Shown here: piece after piece, positions 47,008 to 57,845 of the stretch | How the letters are laid out: the number at the start of each line of letters is the position of its first letter | How positions within the stretch are numbered: the first letter of the stretch is position 1 | From: Rhodosorus marinus CCMP1338 | Lineage: Eukaryota; Plantae; Rhodophyta | Direction of reading: 5' to 3' | Assembly: GCA_029953675.1 (NCBI GenBank) | Contig: JAMWBK010000013.1 | Location: forward strand, 806,001 to 870,000 | DNA: 64,000 nt | Translations under genes and position numbers: made by a program | Notes under the pieces: model-generated | Database searches by the model: none | Told to the model about the DNA's origin: nothing | Seen by the model: only the letters and a program-made list of their open reading frames with translations

Positions 47008-48198
47008 ATGTCACTGTCTCCAATGCGCGGGGGTTGCCGGGTGGGTGTGTTGGACTTGGAGATGCCAAGGGTAAAAGACCGGAGTGCCTTTCTTGCTCGA
47101 GTGTTCTATCCAACCGATGAGGAGGTTGGGAATCCTGTTCAGTGGATTCCTTGGGGTAGAGTCATCGCCAAATACTTTGCGGCGTGCTTTGTGACATTAC
47201 CCAACTGGGCAACTGCTGTACTGGGCTGGATTTTCGCTCAGACGGTGGGGAAAAGGGTGGTTCCAGACACATATTATGGAGCGAGGGTTATGAAACCAAA
47301 GAAAAAGTTTCCCACGGTCGTGCATTGCCACGGTTTGATTGCGGATCGATTTACTTATACGGCGATGTGTCGCAGCATTGCTTCTGACGGAAACATCGTG
47401 TTCGCGTTAGAGCATCGCGATGGATCTGCCCCTATTACCAAAGTTACGGATGAAAGAACTGCTGAGAAAACTGAAATTGAATACAGGAGGTTACCGAAAG
47501 ATAGCACAGGGGAATTTGCGAATAAGCTCAGCAGGCAGATGCTGAGCGTACGTGTTCAAGAGGTCGAGGCGGTCGTTGACTACATAAAGGAGCTCGCCGT
47601 TGGAGTAGAACCGCTCAATCTTCTTGATCCAGAAGGGAACTATCGGGACTTGCTGAGTTCGTTTGCTGGGAAGATCGATCCAAACAAACCCAGCGTGGTC
47701 GGTCACTCTTTTGGGGCAACGACGGCGCTTCTGTGTTGTAGCAAGCATCCCAAGTTGTACAGTAGCTGCGTCTTGCAGGACCCTTGGATGGATCCATTGC
47801 AAAACAGTCTCAAGGCTGAGGATGGTCCCGAAGTGCGGATTCCTTTCGTAGCGGTTTTGAACGAGCTAACAGTCTGGCCCGAGAATCATGAAACGGTGAA
47901 CAAATTCGCCCGACGAGCGCCGAACGGGGAGTTTCTGACGCTGAAGAAAGCATCCCATCACGTTCAATCAGACATCCCCGTTATGATTGGCCCTCACATA
48001 GCGAAGTTTCTGAAGCTCAGCCAGAACGGCGAGGACCGGGAGCCGCTGTACGAATCAATAGCTGTCTCCCTAAAGTTTCTCCGGAAGCACTTCCACCGTG
48101 AAGGACCCGTTGTTCTGGAATCGGAACGTCTGATGCATATTGAACCTTACAAGGTCGAGCAAAAAACGAGAAATTCGCCCCAGGTGCAGTTCATCTGA
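47008..48198 (+). CDS. PAF-acetylhydrolase-family (group VII phospholipase A2-like) alpha/beta hydrolase, copy 1, 396 aa, intronless
   Basis: FPTVVHCHGL..Y..C..IASDGNIVFALEHRDGSA, nucleophile GHSFG, QDPWM and HHVQSD match the PAF-AH Ser/Asp/His motif arrangement. Start taken at MSLSP. Confidence 0.85.
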   Translation: MSLSPMRGGCRVGVLDLEMPRVKDRSAFLARVFYPTDEEVGNPVQWIPWGRVIAKYFAACFVTLPNWATAVLGWIFAQTVGKRVVPDTYYGARVMKPKKKFPTVVHCHGLIADRFTYTAMCRSIASDGNIVFALEHRDGSAPITKVTDERTAEKTEIEYRRLPKDSTGEFANKLSRQMLSVRVQEVEAVVDYIKELAVGVEPLNLLDPEGNYRDLLSSFAGKIDPNKPSVVGHSFGATTALLCCSKHPKLYSSCVLQDPWMDPLQNSLKAEDGPEVRIPFVAVLNELTVWPENHETVNKFARRAPNGEFLTLKKASHHVQSDIPVMIGPHIAKFLKLSQNGEDREPLYESIAVSLKFLRKHFHREGPVVLESERLMHIEPYKVEQKTRNSPQVQFI

Positions 48199-48819
48199 AA
48201 TCTCTTTTTCCCCGTAGTCCTAATGCCGAAGGACGATTGCGCTCTTCTCCCCTCTAACTTAATAGACCAGTGCCCTTTAAACAAATTTATAAGTAAAACA
48301 TACTTTTTGTACAAAATTTTCGATGCTGGACTAGACGCCGAGAAGCTGTCCAGCCTCGCATGGTGGGGGGACTCCAATTTTGTGTCGTACGCTCTTTTTG
48401 AGAATTTTAAGCTTTTTATTTCTCTTGTCACTTTTGTCACTGTTTTACACTTTTTATCACTGGAGCATCTAAGGTCGACTGACCCTAAAATCATCCATTT
48501 ATGTATAGACTTTATCCAAAAACACTGCAGGAGCCTGTTCAGAGTAGATAAGACATTCACGGGTTCTCAAGAGAGCGGGAACTTCATCTAGCGGTCATTG
48601 TTCTGAGACTCCGAGCAGCTCCGAGCCCGCTATAGACAGTGGTTTCTGAGCTTTTCTTAGAGCATTTTTTTCACTTTTTGGCACTTTTTTGCCTTTTTAG
48701 CACCTTTTTTGCACTCGTATATTTTTTTATATGGTACAAATCCAGGTGGGAGTGCTGCCCCCTTGGCCTCACGTGCGTGAGAGAATCTTATTGAGCATTG
48801 AAAGCCCGGAGTCTCGTTG

Positions 48820-49025
48820 AGTTGCAGAACGGCGAGGACCGGGAGCCTCTATACGATTCAATGGCTGTCCCCCTACTGTTTCTCCGGAAGCGCTTCCACC
48901 GCGAAGGACTCGTTTGCTCTGGAATCGGGAAGTCTGAAGCATATTGAACCTTACAAGGTCGAGAAAACAAGGACAAAATCGTCCCACATGCAGGTCATCC
49001 GAAGTCTCTTTTTCCCGTACTCCTA
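48820..49025 (+). pseudogene. Duplicated 3' fragment of the PAF-AH-family gene
   Basis: cagaacggcgaggaccgggagcc..KHIEPYKVEK.. matches the 3' ends of both full copies; frame disrupted. Confidence 0.8.
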
Positions 49026-49197
49026 ATTCCGATCGCCTTCCAAGGACGAGCCCTGTTGACCACAAGCCACCAACCCGATACCCGATCAAATCGTCTCCTC
49101 TAGCTGGATCATGTGATAGAGAGATTGCGCTCTTCTCCCCTGCAAATTATAAGCAAGTACAGTGTTGTCCTGGGCCGTCCAATAAACGCTATAAATA

Positions 49198-49317
49198 GGA
49201 TTGTGCCAAGTGGGTCGGGTTTTTCCCTGTTTTTACCCCTTGAACCCCCTGTTTTCGCTGGTTTAGCCACTTCTGGGTCGTGAACAGCGAAAACCCCGAC
49301 CCGCTTGGCACAACCCC
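49198..49317. mobile_element. ~120-bp MITE-like element with ~25-bp terminal inverted repeats
   Basis: GGATTGTGCCAAGTGGGTCGGGTTT ... AAACCCCGACCCGCTTGGCACAACCC. One matching end also occurs at 37500-37525. No clear TSD. Confidence 0.55.
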
Positions 49318-49701
49318 ACCTTAAATAAAAAGGAGGGGTTAAACGTTACCGGACGTTCCGAAATTTTTTCGAAGTGGATAAACTATTGAAAAACAATTAC
49401 CTTGTCTGATTGAAATTCTTCGCAAAAACAGGTTCGATTACAAGTTCGATAAACGGGTCCTATAAATCGTCCGATATTCAATCAATGTTGGTCAAACAAT
49501 CAATCACCTCCGGTCCAAGCATAGAATCATGATTACTTCTTGTCATGACAAGCTCTCAATCGCATATCATGAATCATGATTATTTTTCCACATCGCGCAA
49601 GCTGCCATTATCATCCGATGAATCATCATTACTTCTGAACTCGACAGGCTGTCATAGCATTGTTGAAAACCACCTTTGGGATCGACCACATAATCATAAC
49701 T

Positions 49702-50215
49702 GAATGAATTTGTTTTATCGGAGGCTGAAAGAAAAAAAAAAGGAGGGGAAAGACAAGACCAAGCGCGGTGAAGATCGCGAGCCTCCAACATCAAAGCGGC
49801 GTTCATACGCCATAGCAAGAAACTTAAACGGGTAAACAACGAGGACAGACGGTCAGAGCGGTCGCGGAACAATTCCCGAAGCCAACGAGAACCAACGGAA
49901 TCCAGAAACCCAAAGGGCTCAATGACCAGAGGTACCAGGCGATGAGCTAGACCCGACGCACAAACACCTGGGGAAGACAAAGCCCCGGCGTATTTCAATG
50001 CGATGTCTCATATTGGCAGCGGCAAATCCACGGCGCTCTCCTATGCAGCCGGCAAGTAGCGACTAGCCTGAGGATTAGGCAAGATCAACGTACGTCGTAC
50101 GGAGGCTATCGTCACAGGTGACCACGAGATCAGCCACTCGGCGTTCATCATTCTGGTAGTCTGCAACAGGCAGGGGCTTCTCACGTTCAATTTCAAGACC
50201 GGCTTACCAGGTAAT
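49702..50215 (-). mobile_element. Family C-related 3' fragment
   Basis: KYAGALSSPG..HRLVPLVIEPFG..LWRMNAALMLEAR and a (TTCA)n tail. Confidence 0.85.
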
Positions 50216-50449
50216 CATAACTAGGGTCGTCAGGAAGAACGTGTTGGAAATCTGGTTCTGGCATTGAATAGTTAACATTTCGGGTGCGACAGACCGTCAT
50301 TCGCGATTTAATGGTTTTTTCTATGTGCATGATGAATCATAGCAACCGTCGATTAGCGACATACGGACTTCGTATAATATCGTAAGTCCGAACAGTGATA
50401 GGGGGGATAGAGTAGAGAAAAGGGAAGTGAAGAGAGATCTGCAGTAATG

Positions 50450-50645
50450 GCAGAAGTTGAAATTCTTGAACGGATGAGTTCTCAAGTGGATTATTGTATC
50501 TGTTGCGTATTGGTGTGAGCTTCACCATCGAATCGCGGATGGGGGAGTATCCACGAACATTGCTCAGCAACTCGAGATTGCCGAACACGTGAGTGAAAGC
50601 TCCACTGTCAAGCACGATGTCCCAATTGGACACCTGTGTTGGCAT
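50450..50645 (-). mobile_element. Ty1/copia-like protease-region remnant
   Basis: WDIVLDSGAFTHVFGNLELLSNVR resembles the copia W-x-x-DSGA-x-x-H-M-x-G motif. Confidence 0.55.
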
Positions 50646-51231
50646 CCCAATCCACAGCAGTGTCTCCGAGTCGCGTTGGGGTTCGCCTGGATGTTGATTC
50701 CGAGATCTCCCAGCTTCTCTGAAGGTTCTTCTACCGATTGTCCGGACCTTCCTCTACAATACTTCAGGGAACCTCTGTTCGCAGGTTGTTCGCCCCGTCC
50801 AATACCACCTATGCTGTAACAGCACCCGTTTGATATTGCCGATATTACCGAGATGCCAACCAAACTATAAATCGTCCAATATTCAATCAACGTTAGTCTA
50901 ATAATCAATCATCTCCGGTCCAGGAATTGAATTCAGGGAATGACAAGCTCTCATCGCATATCATGAATCATGATTATTTTTCGGCGTGACAGGCTGCTAC
51001 TATCATCCAATCAATCATGAATACTTCTGCCCTCGACAGGCTGTTTATTGCATTGCTGAAAACCATCTTTGGGATCCACCACCGAAAAAGGTAATCATAA
51101 CCTCTCGTATTGATGAAAATCAGACCTTAATCGTGGAGCAAACGACCATGTTGTTTTCTTTCACCGAAAACGATGAAAAGCTCGTTGAAAAAAATAACGG
51201 ACGCAATCTATCGTTATCGGACCATTTATCA

Positions 51232-51668
51232 GACGAACGAACGAACGAACGAACGAATGGTTTAACCGGAGGCTGAAAGAAAAAACCCCGAGGCGAAAAA
51301 AACACTAAGTGCGGCGAAGAACTCGCGCCTCCAACATCAAAGCGGCATTCATGCGCCACAGCAAGAAACTTAAGCGGGTAAACAACGATTGAAGACGGTC
51401 AGGGCGTTCGCGGAACAACTCCCGAAGCCAGCGAGAACCAACAGAGTCCATGAACCCAAAGCACTCAATGATCAGGGGTACCAAGCGATGGGCTAGTGCC
51501 GAAGCACGAACACCAGGGGAAGACAAAGCCCCCGCGTATTTGATCTCTTTGCGGCGTCTCATGCTGGCGGCGGCAGATCCACGGCGCTCCCCCGCAGCCG
51601 GGAGATAACGACTAGCTTGAGGGTTAGGAACAGCAAGATCAACGTATGTGGTACGGCGGCTGTCGGAC
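51232..51668 (-). mobile_element. Family C 3' fragment, young, (TTCG)n tail
   Basis: Almost identical to the 3' ends at 6.8 and 31.7 kb. GACGAACGAACGAACGAACGAACGAATGG tail. Confidence 0.88.
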
Positions 51669-51799
51669 AGCAACAAATGTGCTTTGTCTTATCAGACAAA
51701 GCACATTTGTTCTTTTAGATTCAGGTCAGGTCCGATAACTCATATCGGACGGACAGGGGTCCGAAGAAAATACCTTTTATTATTACTAAATACGAGTGT

Positions 51800-54010
51800 C
51801 TCTCGGCCCTCCTATTCCCAGGTCCTTCGTCGGGGCTAAACAACGCACGAGGGCCATGCTACGTATGATGCCTTACCCCGTGCCCACTCCTGAATTCTCT
51901 CACCAGCTCTCTCCGTTTCACCCCGACTGGATGACGAACGTGCTCCCCCAGACTCCTTCTCGTGGTCGGGGTCGCGCGACCGTTCACTACCGTGATTTCC
52001 GCGATAGCCTCTTCCCTTGGGGTCGCTCCATCTGAGTTCCTCTATGTGGATTTCGCTGGATCACGCGAGCCTGTTTCCTCGTCACAGAATCGGCTTACCA
52101 ATTCGTTACTTCGCTTGTTGCCACCCCTGAGCCTCCGCGCTCTGCCCTTGCGAACATCATACTGCCTCGTGCCCACGTGTCATTGTTTGTTGAGTTTGAC
52201 CGCTTCGACGCAGGTTTGGTTCCCCCGTCGGTGATGCCCGAGCCACCCTGCCACGCGAGCTCCTGTCATCGCGGTGCGAGCTCATGCGGCTCGACCGTTT
52301 TCCCCCTCGGGGTGTCCTCCGCTCGGCGTTGGAGGACTTCCTCTCCGCTGAGGCCGCTCTGATGGAAGCAGCGCGTCAAAAGACGGGTCCCACCCAGAGC
52401 CTGCAGCGGCGAAAAGCGAGCGTAGCGTAGAAGCAAGATCGTCAGAATACTCGACCACAGTTTACCGTTGCTGGGGGATACCGGCAGCCCTCCGGAGATC
52501 ACCGCCTGCCACAGCGAGCGGATCGGGGGAGCACGTGGGGCCGCCGACATGTCGGTATCAGGGACTTCAACTGCCCGAGGCTGCTCTGATGGAAGCTCTA
52601 CCGGCCTTTGACCTCTCGCAAGCGACTTCTGACCGCCCCTCCTCCCCTCCTTGGGCAGCTGCAGTTCCTGATGCCGACATGTCGGCGGCCCCATGTGCTC
52701 CCCCGATCCGCTCGCTGTGGCAGGCGGTGATCTCCGGAGGGCTGCCGGTATCCCCCCAGCAACGGCAACCTGTGTTCGAGTATTCTGACGATCTTGCTTC
52801 TCCGCCATGCTCGCTTTTCCACGCAGCAGGCTCTGGGTGGGACCCGTCTTTTGACGCGGTGCTGGAGGCGTTTCAGGTAGCGTCCGATGAGGGTGAGCGG
52901 CTGGTGGTCACCTCGGAGGCGGTGTGTGAGCTGATCCAGTCTGCTCCAGAAGGTCGTTCTCCTCGGCCCTCTGGTTTGCGGGTGGAATACCTCCGTTTTT
53001 TGGGTGAGGACGGTATGAAAGCGTTAGCGTTCGTGTTGGAGGGAATCGTCGATGGCCATCCTTTCTGTAATCGCGCATGGTTTTTACTGGGACGGACGCA
53101 GCTATGTTTGCTCTCCAAGCCGGATCACACACTGCGTCGACTCCTGCCCTTCGCCCTATTGGCATGGTGGAAGTGGTCGCGCCCGCCTGCGTGGTCTTGG
53201 GGGCTTAGTAGCTCTCTGTGGCCATGACCGTCCCCGCTTTTCCCCCACTCACACTCACAGATTTCGAAGTGCGCACTTCTCTGCGCTTATGCCTTGGCTT
53301 GCATCAGCCGCCCTGGCCTTCCGAGATGGGTTCGCCGTGCCCTCTATGCTCTCAGAACAAAGCCACCGCGGATTTTGGCGCCCACCTGCTCGCCAGCTGC
53401 CCAGCTGTGAAAGGCGCCCGAACCCAACGACATACGCGGATCTTGAACCTGTTTATACCGCGAACTTTGCCCTATCGTACGGCAAGCCGGTCTTGAAATT
53501 GAACCGGAGAACCCCCTGAACAGGAGAAGCCCCTGCTGCCTGTCGCTGACTACCAAAATGATGAACACCGCGTCGCCGACCTCGTGGTCACCTGTGACGA
53601 TAGCCGACGTACGACGTACGTTGATCTTGCTGTTCCTACTCCTCAAGCTAGTCGTTATTTGACCACTGCATAGAGAGCGCCGTGGATTTGCCGCTACCAG
53701 TATGAGACGTCGCAAGGAGTTGAACTATGCAGGGGCTTTGTCTTCCCCAGACATTGGTGCTTCTGCTCTAGCTCATCGCCTGGTACCTCTGGTCTTTGAG
53801 TGCTTTGGGATCATGGATTCCGTTGGCTCTCGTTGGCCCCGGGAATTGTCCCGCGAGCGCACCGACCGTCTGTCCTCGTTGTTTAACCCTGTTTAAGTTT
53901 CTTGCTGTGGCGTATGAACGCTGCTTTGATGTTGGAGGCGCGCGATCTTCGCCGCGCTCAGTCTTTTTTCTCCCCTCGGAGTTTTGTCTGGGGCCTCCGA
54001 TTAAACAACT
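51800..54010 (+). mobile_element. Degenerate, internally deleted family C-related element (ORF1, RT N-terminal and RLE pieces) with an internal ~200-bp inverted duplication
   Basis: PSYSQVLRRG, HYRDFRD, EGRSPRPSGLRVEYLRFL, CPLC..HLLASC and PLVFECFG. C-type terminus near 54000. Confidence 0.82.
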
Positions 54011-54554
54011 TCTTCTATTATCACACGTCATCCAGAGGGCTTCGTCTTTTTCTCCCACTCATGGACAGAACAACCAAATCAAGTTCAATCCTGCCCTAAA
54101 TGGTCCTTCAAGGTTCTAAAACTAGAATAGTGGAATGATCCGGTACGAGCGCATTACTGCCACGAACCAGGCGAACTATAAGTGGACCTATAATGCACCA
54201 TCACAGCACCTGGGCGAGCAGACTTTGGGACTTAACCCATCTCGAAAGTATTCCGTGGAGACTTGTAAGAGAAATGATCGAAACTAAACGTTAGCAAAAT
54301 CTAGACCAATTCCGACGTCCGTTTGGCACGGGACTGGCCCCGTTGGCCGTAGTTCGGTGAAGAATTGACATCTTCGAACTTTGCTTGGGTTCAGTTTGGA
54401 TGAAGGCAAGAGGAAGCGGACGAACGACTTGATGCAGGCTGCGCGTATCCTTTTTTGCTGGGTTTCTTTTAAGGGAGAGTGGATGGATAAAACTGGCTTT
54501 GTAGTGGGTCTCCGTTGTGTACTAGGAGTGAGAAGGAGCATTAAAGTTGCAAAG

Positions 54555-55745
54555 ATGTCACTGTCTCCATTGCGCGGGGGGTGTCGAGTGGGTGTGTTGG
54601 ATTTAGAGATGCCAAAGGTAAGAGACCGGAGTGCCTTTCTTGCTCGGGTGTTCTATCCCACCGATGATGAGTTTGGGAAAGCTGTTCGGTGGATTCCTGA
54701 TGGTGGAGTCATCGCCAAGTACCTTGCGGCCTGGTTTGTGATACTACCCCAATGGGCATGCGCTGTACTAGGCTGGATTTTGGCTCAGACGGTCGGGAAA
54801 AGGGTAGTTCCAGACACATATTATGGAGCGAGGGTTATGAAACCAAAGAAAAAGTTCCCCACGATTGTGTACTGCCACGGTTTGACGGGGGATCGACTTA
54901 CATATACAGCGATGTGTCGCAGCATGGCTTCTGACGGAAACATCGTGTTCGCCTTAGAGCATCGAGATGGATCTGCCTCTTCTACCAAAGTTACGGATGA
55001 AAGAACTGCTGAGAAAACTGAAATTGAATACAGGACGTTGCCGAAAGGTAGCACAGGGGAATTTGCGCATAAGTTCAGAACGCAGATGCTGAGCGTACGT
55101 GTTCAAGAGGTCGAGGCGGTCGTTGACTACACAAAGGAGCTCGCCGTTGGAGTAGAACCGCTCAATCTTCTAGATCCAGAAGGAAACTATCGGGACTTGC
55201 TGAGTTCATTTGCTGGGAAGATCGATCCAAACAAACCCAGCGTGGTCGGTCACTCTTTCGGGGGAACGACGGCGCTTCTGTGTTGTAGCAAGCATCCCAA
55301 GTTGTACAGTAGCTGCGTCTTGCAGGACCCTTGGATGTATCCATTGCCAAACAGTCTCAAGGCTGAGGATGGTCCCGAAGTGCGGATTCCTTTCGTAGCG
55401 GTTTTGAACGAGCTAACAGTCTGGCCCGAGAATCATGAAACGGTGAACAAATTCGCCGGACGGGCGCCGAATGGGGAGTTTCTGACGCTGAAGAAAGCAT
55501 CTCATCAAGCTCAATCAGACGTCCCCGTTATGCTTGGTCCTCGGGTATCTAAGTTTCTAAAGCTCAGCCAGAACGGCGACGACTGGGAGCCGCTATACGA
55601 ATCAATAGCTGTCTCCCTAAAGTTTCTCCGGAAGCACTTCCAGCGTGAAGGACTCGTTGCTCTGGAATCGGGAAGTCTGAAGCATATTGAACCTTACAAG
55701 GTCGAGAAAGAAACGAGAAAATCGTCACAAGTTCAGGTCAGCTGA
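54555..55745 (+). CDS. PAF-acetylhydrolase-family alpha/beta hydrolase, copy 2, 396 aa, intronless
   Basis: Same length and motifs as copy 1 (GHSFG, QDPWM, HQAQSD). Flanks are homologous (46535-48360 vs 54045-55985). Confidence 0.85.
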   Translation: MSLSPLRGGCRVGVLDLEMPKVRDRSAFLARVFYPTDDEFGKAVRWIPDGGVIAKYLAAWFVILPQWACAVLGWILAQTVGKRVVPDTYYGARVMKPKKKFPTIVYCHGLTGDRLTYTAMCRSMASDGNIVFALEHRDGSASSTKVTDERTAEKTEIEYRTLPKGSTGEFAHKFRTQMLSVRVQEVEAVVDYTKELAVGVEPLNLLDPEGNYRDLLSSFAGKIDPNKPSVVGHSFGGTTALLCCSKHPKLYSSCVLQDPWMYPLPNSLKAEDGPEVRIPFVAVLNELTVWPENHETVNKFAGRAPNGEFLTLKKASHQAQSDVPVMLGPRVSKFLKLSQNGDDWEPLYESIAVSLKFLRKHFQREGLVALESGSLKHIEPYKVEKETRKSSQVQVS

Positions 55746-55999
55746 AGTCTCTTTTTCCCGTAGTCCTAATGCCGATCGCCTCGAAGGACGGGCTTAGTTG
55801 ACCACAAGACACCAACCCGATAGCCGATCAAATCGTCTCCTCTCGCTGGACCATGAGACAGAGAGATTGCGCTCTTCTCCCGTATAACTTATAGACAAGC
55901 GCCTTTTAAATAAAATAAATTCATTGCTAAAACATTGTACGAAATTTTCGACGCTGGATCAGACGCCGAGAAGCTGTTCAGCCTCACGTGCGTGAGAGA

Positions 56000-57403
56000 C
56001 TCTATGTGAGCATTGAAACCGGAGTGTCCTTGAGTTGCAGACTTTCTGTTGATAATTGTTGATAAGCACATGACCGTTCTTGGTCCCCGCGAGCATCAGG
56101 CCCACCAACAGCCGAGATCCTGCGTAGCTCCTGCCGTCGAAGGAAGGGCAACATCGATTTCGCAACGGACATCGCATTGCCCCTGATCACCAGTCCTTGT
56201 CTGAGGACCGCATCTTGAATATCAAACTGAGTCTCTAGCGAACGCCGCCACCCGCACCGCCGGTGTCGAGACCGGCGGGGGTTGTCGAACTGGCTGATCG
56301 CGAGCAACAAGTTCGACTACAATCATCCAACTTGGATGATTTCTTCGTCCATGTTTCGAAGAGTCAGCGATCGCACGCTTCATCGGACCTTAACATGCAT
56401 ACGTTTAAGAGACGATTCGGCGAGACTCTCTCATGTTCAATGCCTGCACATCGGAGACTCATAGACCGTGAGGAGTCCGGATAGCCTCCCAGCACATCGA
56501 CGGTAAGCTCCATTGTCTGTCAAAACGAGGTCTTTCAGGCGCGTTTGCAAGCCCTGGCAAAAGCAAAGGATGTCCTTCCAGGGTGTCCAGCCAACTAGTC
56601 TCAACCGAAGAATCATAAACAGAGACGCTCTGGATACACAACCCAACCCCCTGTAAAAGCAACCGCGACTACTTGGCAACGTCTAACTGGCAGTAGCACC
56701 ATGCTCCTTGGCTGGATTGCTACCAAAGACCTCATCGTTCGTCTTCGCCTGTAGTGTTTCCAGTCGACGTTTGCTCATATCCGTTCTTCCAGCTTCTGAC
56801 AACGTGAAGCCGCCGTTGGGACTTGCGCAGATTTAACGTTAAGAACTCTCGTCGGCTACTCTTCAACCAGCTTGTCATCCTCATTGTCTTCTTGACGAAC
56901 AGTTGGAGAGCTCTCTAGACTAGTAGCAGTGCTGTCAAGTTGGAGTGAGATTCACCCTAGTTGACCCTCCGAAGATTTCCTCAAATGCAGCCGTTCTCTA
57001 CAGCTTTTCGACGAAACCACTTCAGCGCTCGTCTTAGCCACACCTTAAATCTTCTCTCGATTTCTCTTCAACCTCGTCAACGTCGTCGTAATGGTCATCG
57101 TCTTCTTCGACGAACAGTTGAGAGTAGATTAGATACCTTCATCAGAATGTCTCGTCGCTTTGCCTATACCAACGGTAATCAACGTTTTCACACTTGGTCA
57201 TGTTCGCATATCGCTTGAATCTCGTGGTCAACCAGCTGGTCGTCCTCAATGGTCTGCTTTAACCAAGCAGAGAGGAAGGAGAGCTCTCGAGACGAAGTCT
57301 GGATGATGAAGTTAAATGACTCGAGTTGAGGTTTGCTGTGATGTAAGAGATGATGAGTAGTGCAGAATAGTATCCAAGCTTTCTTCCTGAAGAGGGAGAG
57401 CAA
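56000..57403 (-). other. Possible uncharacterised gene or relic with an acidic internal repeat
   Basis: Fragmentary ORFs (57188-57403, 56002-56310) and a duplicated ..caactgttcgtc(g)aagaagac.. motif. No family recognised. Confidence 0.2.
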
Positions 57404-57451
57404 GCGCAGACCTTAGGGCGGAGGTTCTCTTTTAAGTAATTTCTAAGAAGA

Positions 57452-57455
<4 letters not shown>

Positions 57456-57492
<37 letters not shown>
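57456..57492 (+). repeat. (GA)n microsatellite upstream of AAAS
   Basis: Read directly. Confidence 0.95.
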
Positions 57493-57496
<4 letters not shown>

Positions 57497-57845
57497 TTGT
57501 CAAGTCTTCGTAAAGACGTTTCCGTGGAGGAGGGCTTCTTCTACGTGTTTAGTCTCTGTGGGAACCAAAAATTGGGAGATCCGACGGGTATATTAGGAGA
57601 TGGTCTGTAAGGTTTGGTTCTAGGCAGTTTCTGAGAAGAGAGAACGCTACTGGTGTTGCTTTCAGTAAGAGTGTTCCAGAAGGAGTACAAAGGTTGGGAG
57701 CACGGTGGATCTGTTGAGAGTTTTTTTGCTGGGAGTAGGCGGGGAGGAGGGCGGGAGGGAAAGGACGGAAGGGAGACCAGTTGGCGGATGCTTTTGTGTG
57801 TATATATATATTTTTGTCGCTTTTAGGGGGGGGTGTCTGCTCTAA

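Larger units (their letters stand above)
49458..51082. repeat. ~230-bp direct repeats (49458-49690 and 50865-51082) flanking a family C insertion and a copia-like fragment
   Basis: ctataaatcgtcc.atattcaatcaa..gacaagctctca.tcgcatatcatgaatcatgattattttt..gaaaacca.ctttgggatc.accac occurs twice. Confidence 0.7.

Noticed and set aside
46891-55745. Hydrolases as the peptidase/cyclase for the repeat peptides
   Set aside because: Motifs fit PAF-AH lipases, not prolyl oligopeptidase (no beta-propeller, ~400 aa). Linkage alone is not evidence.
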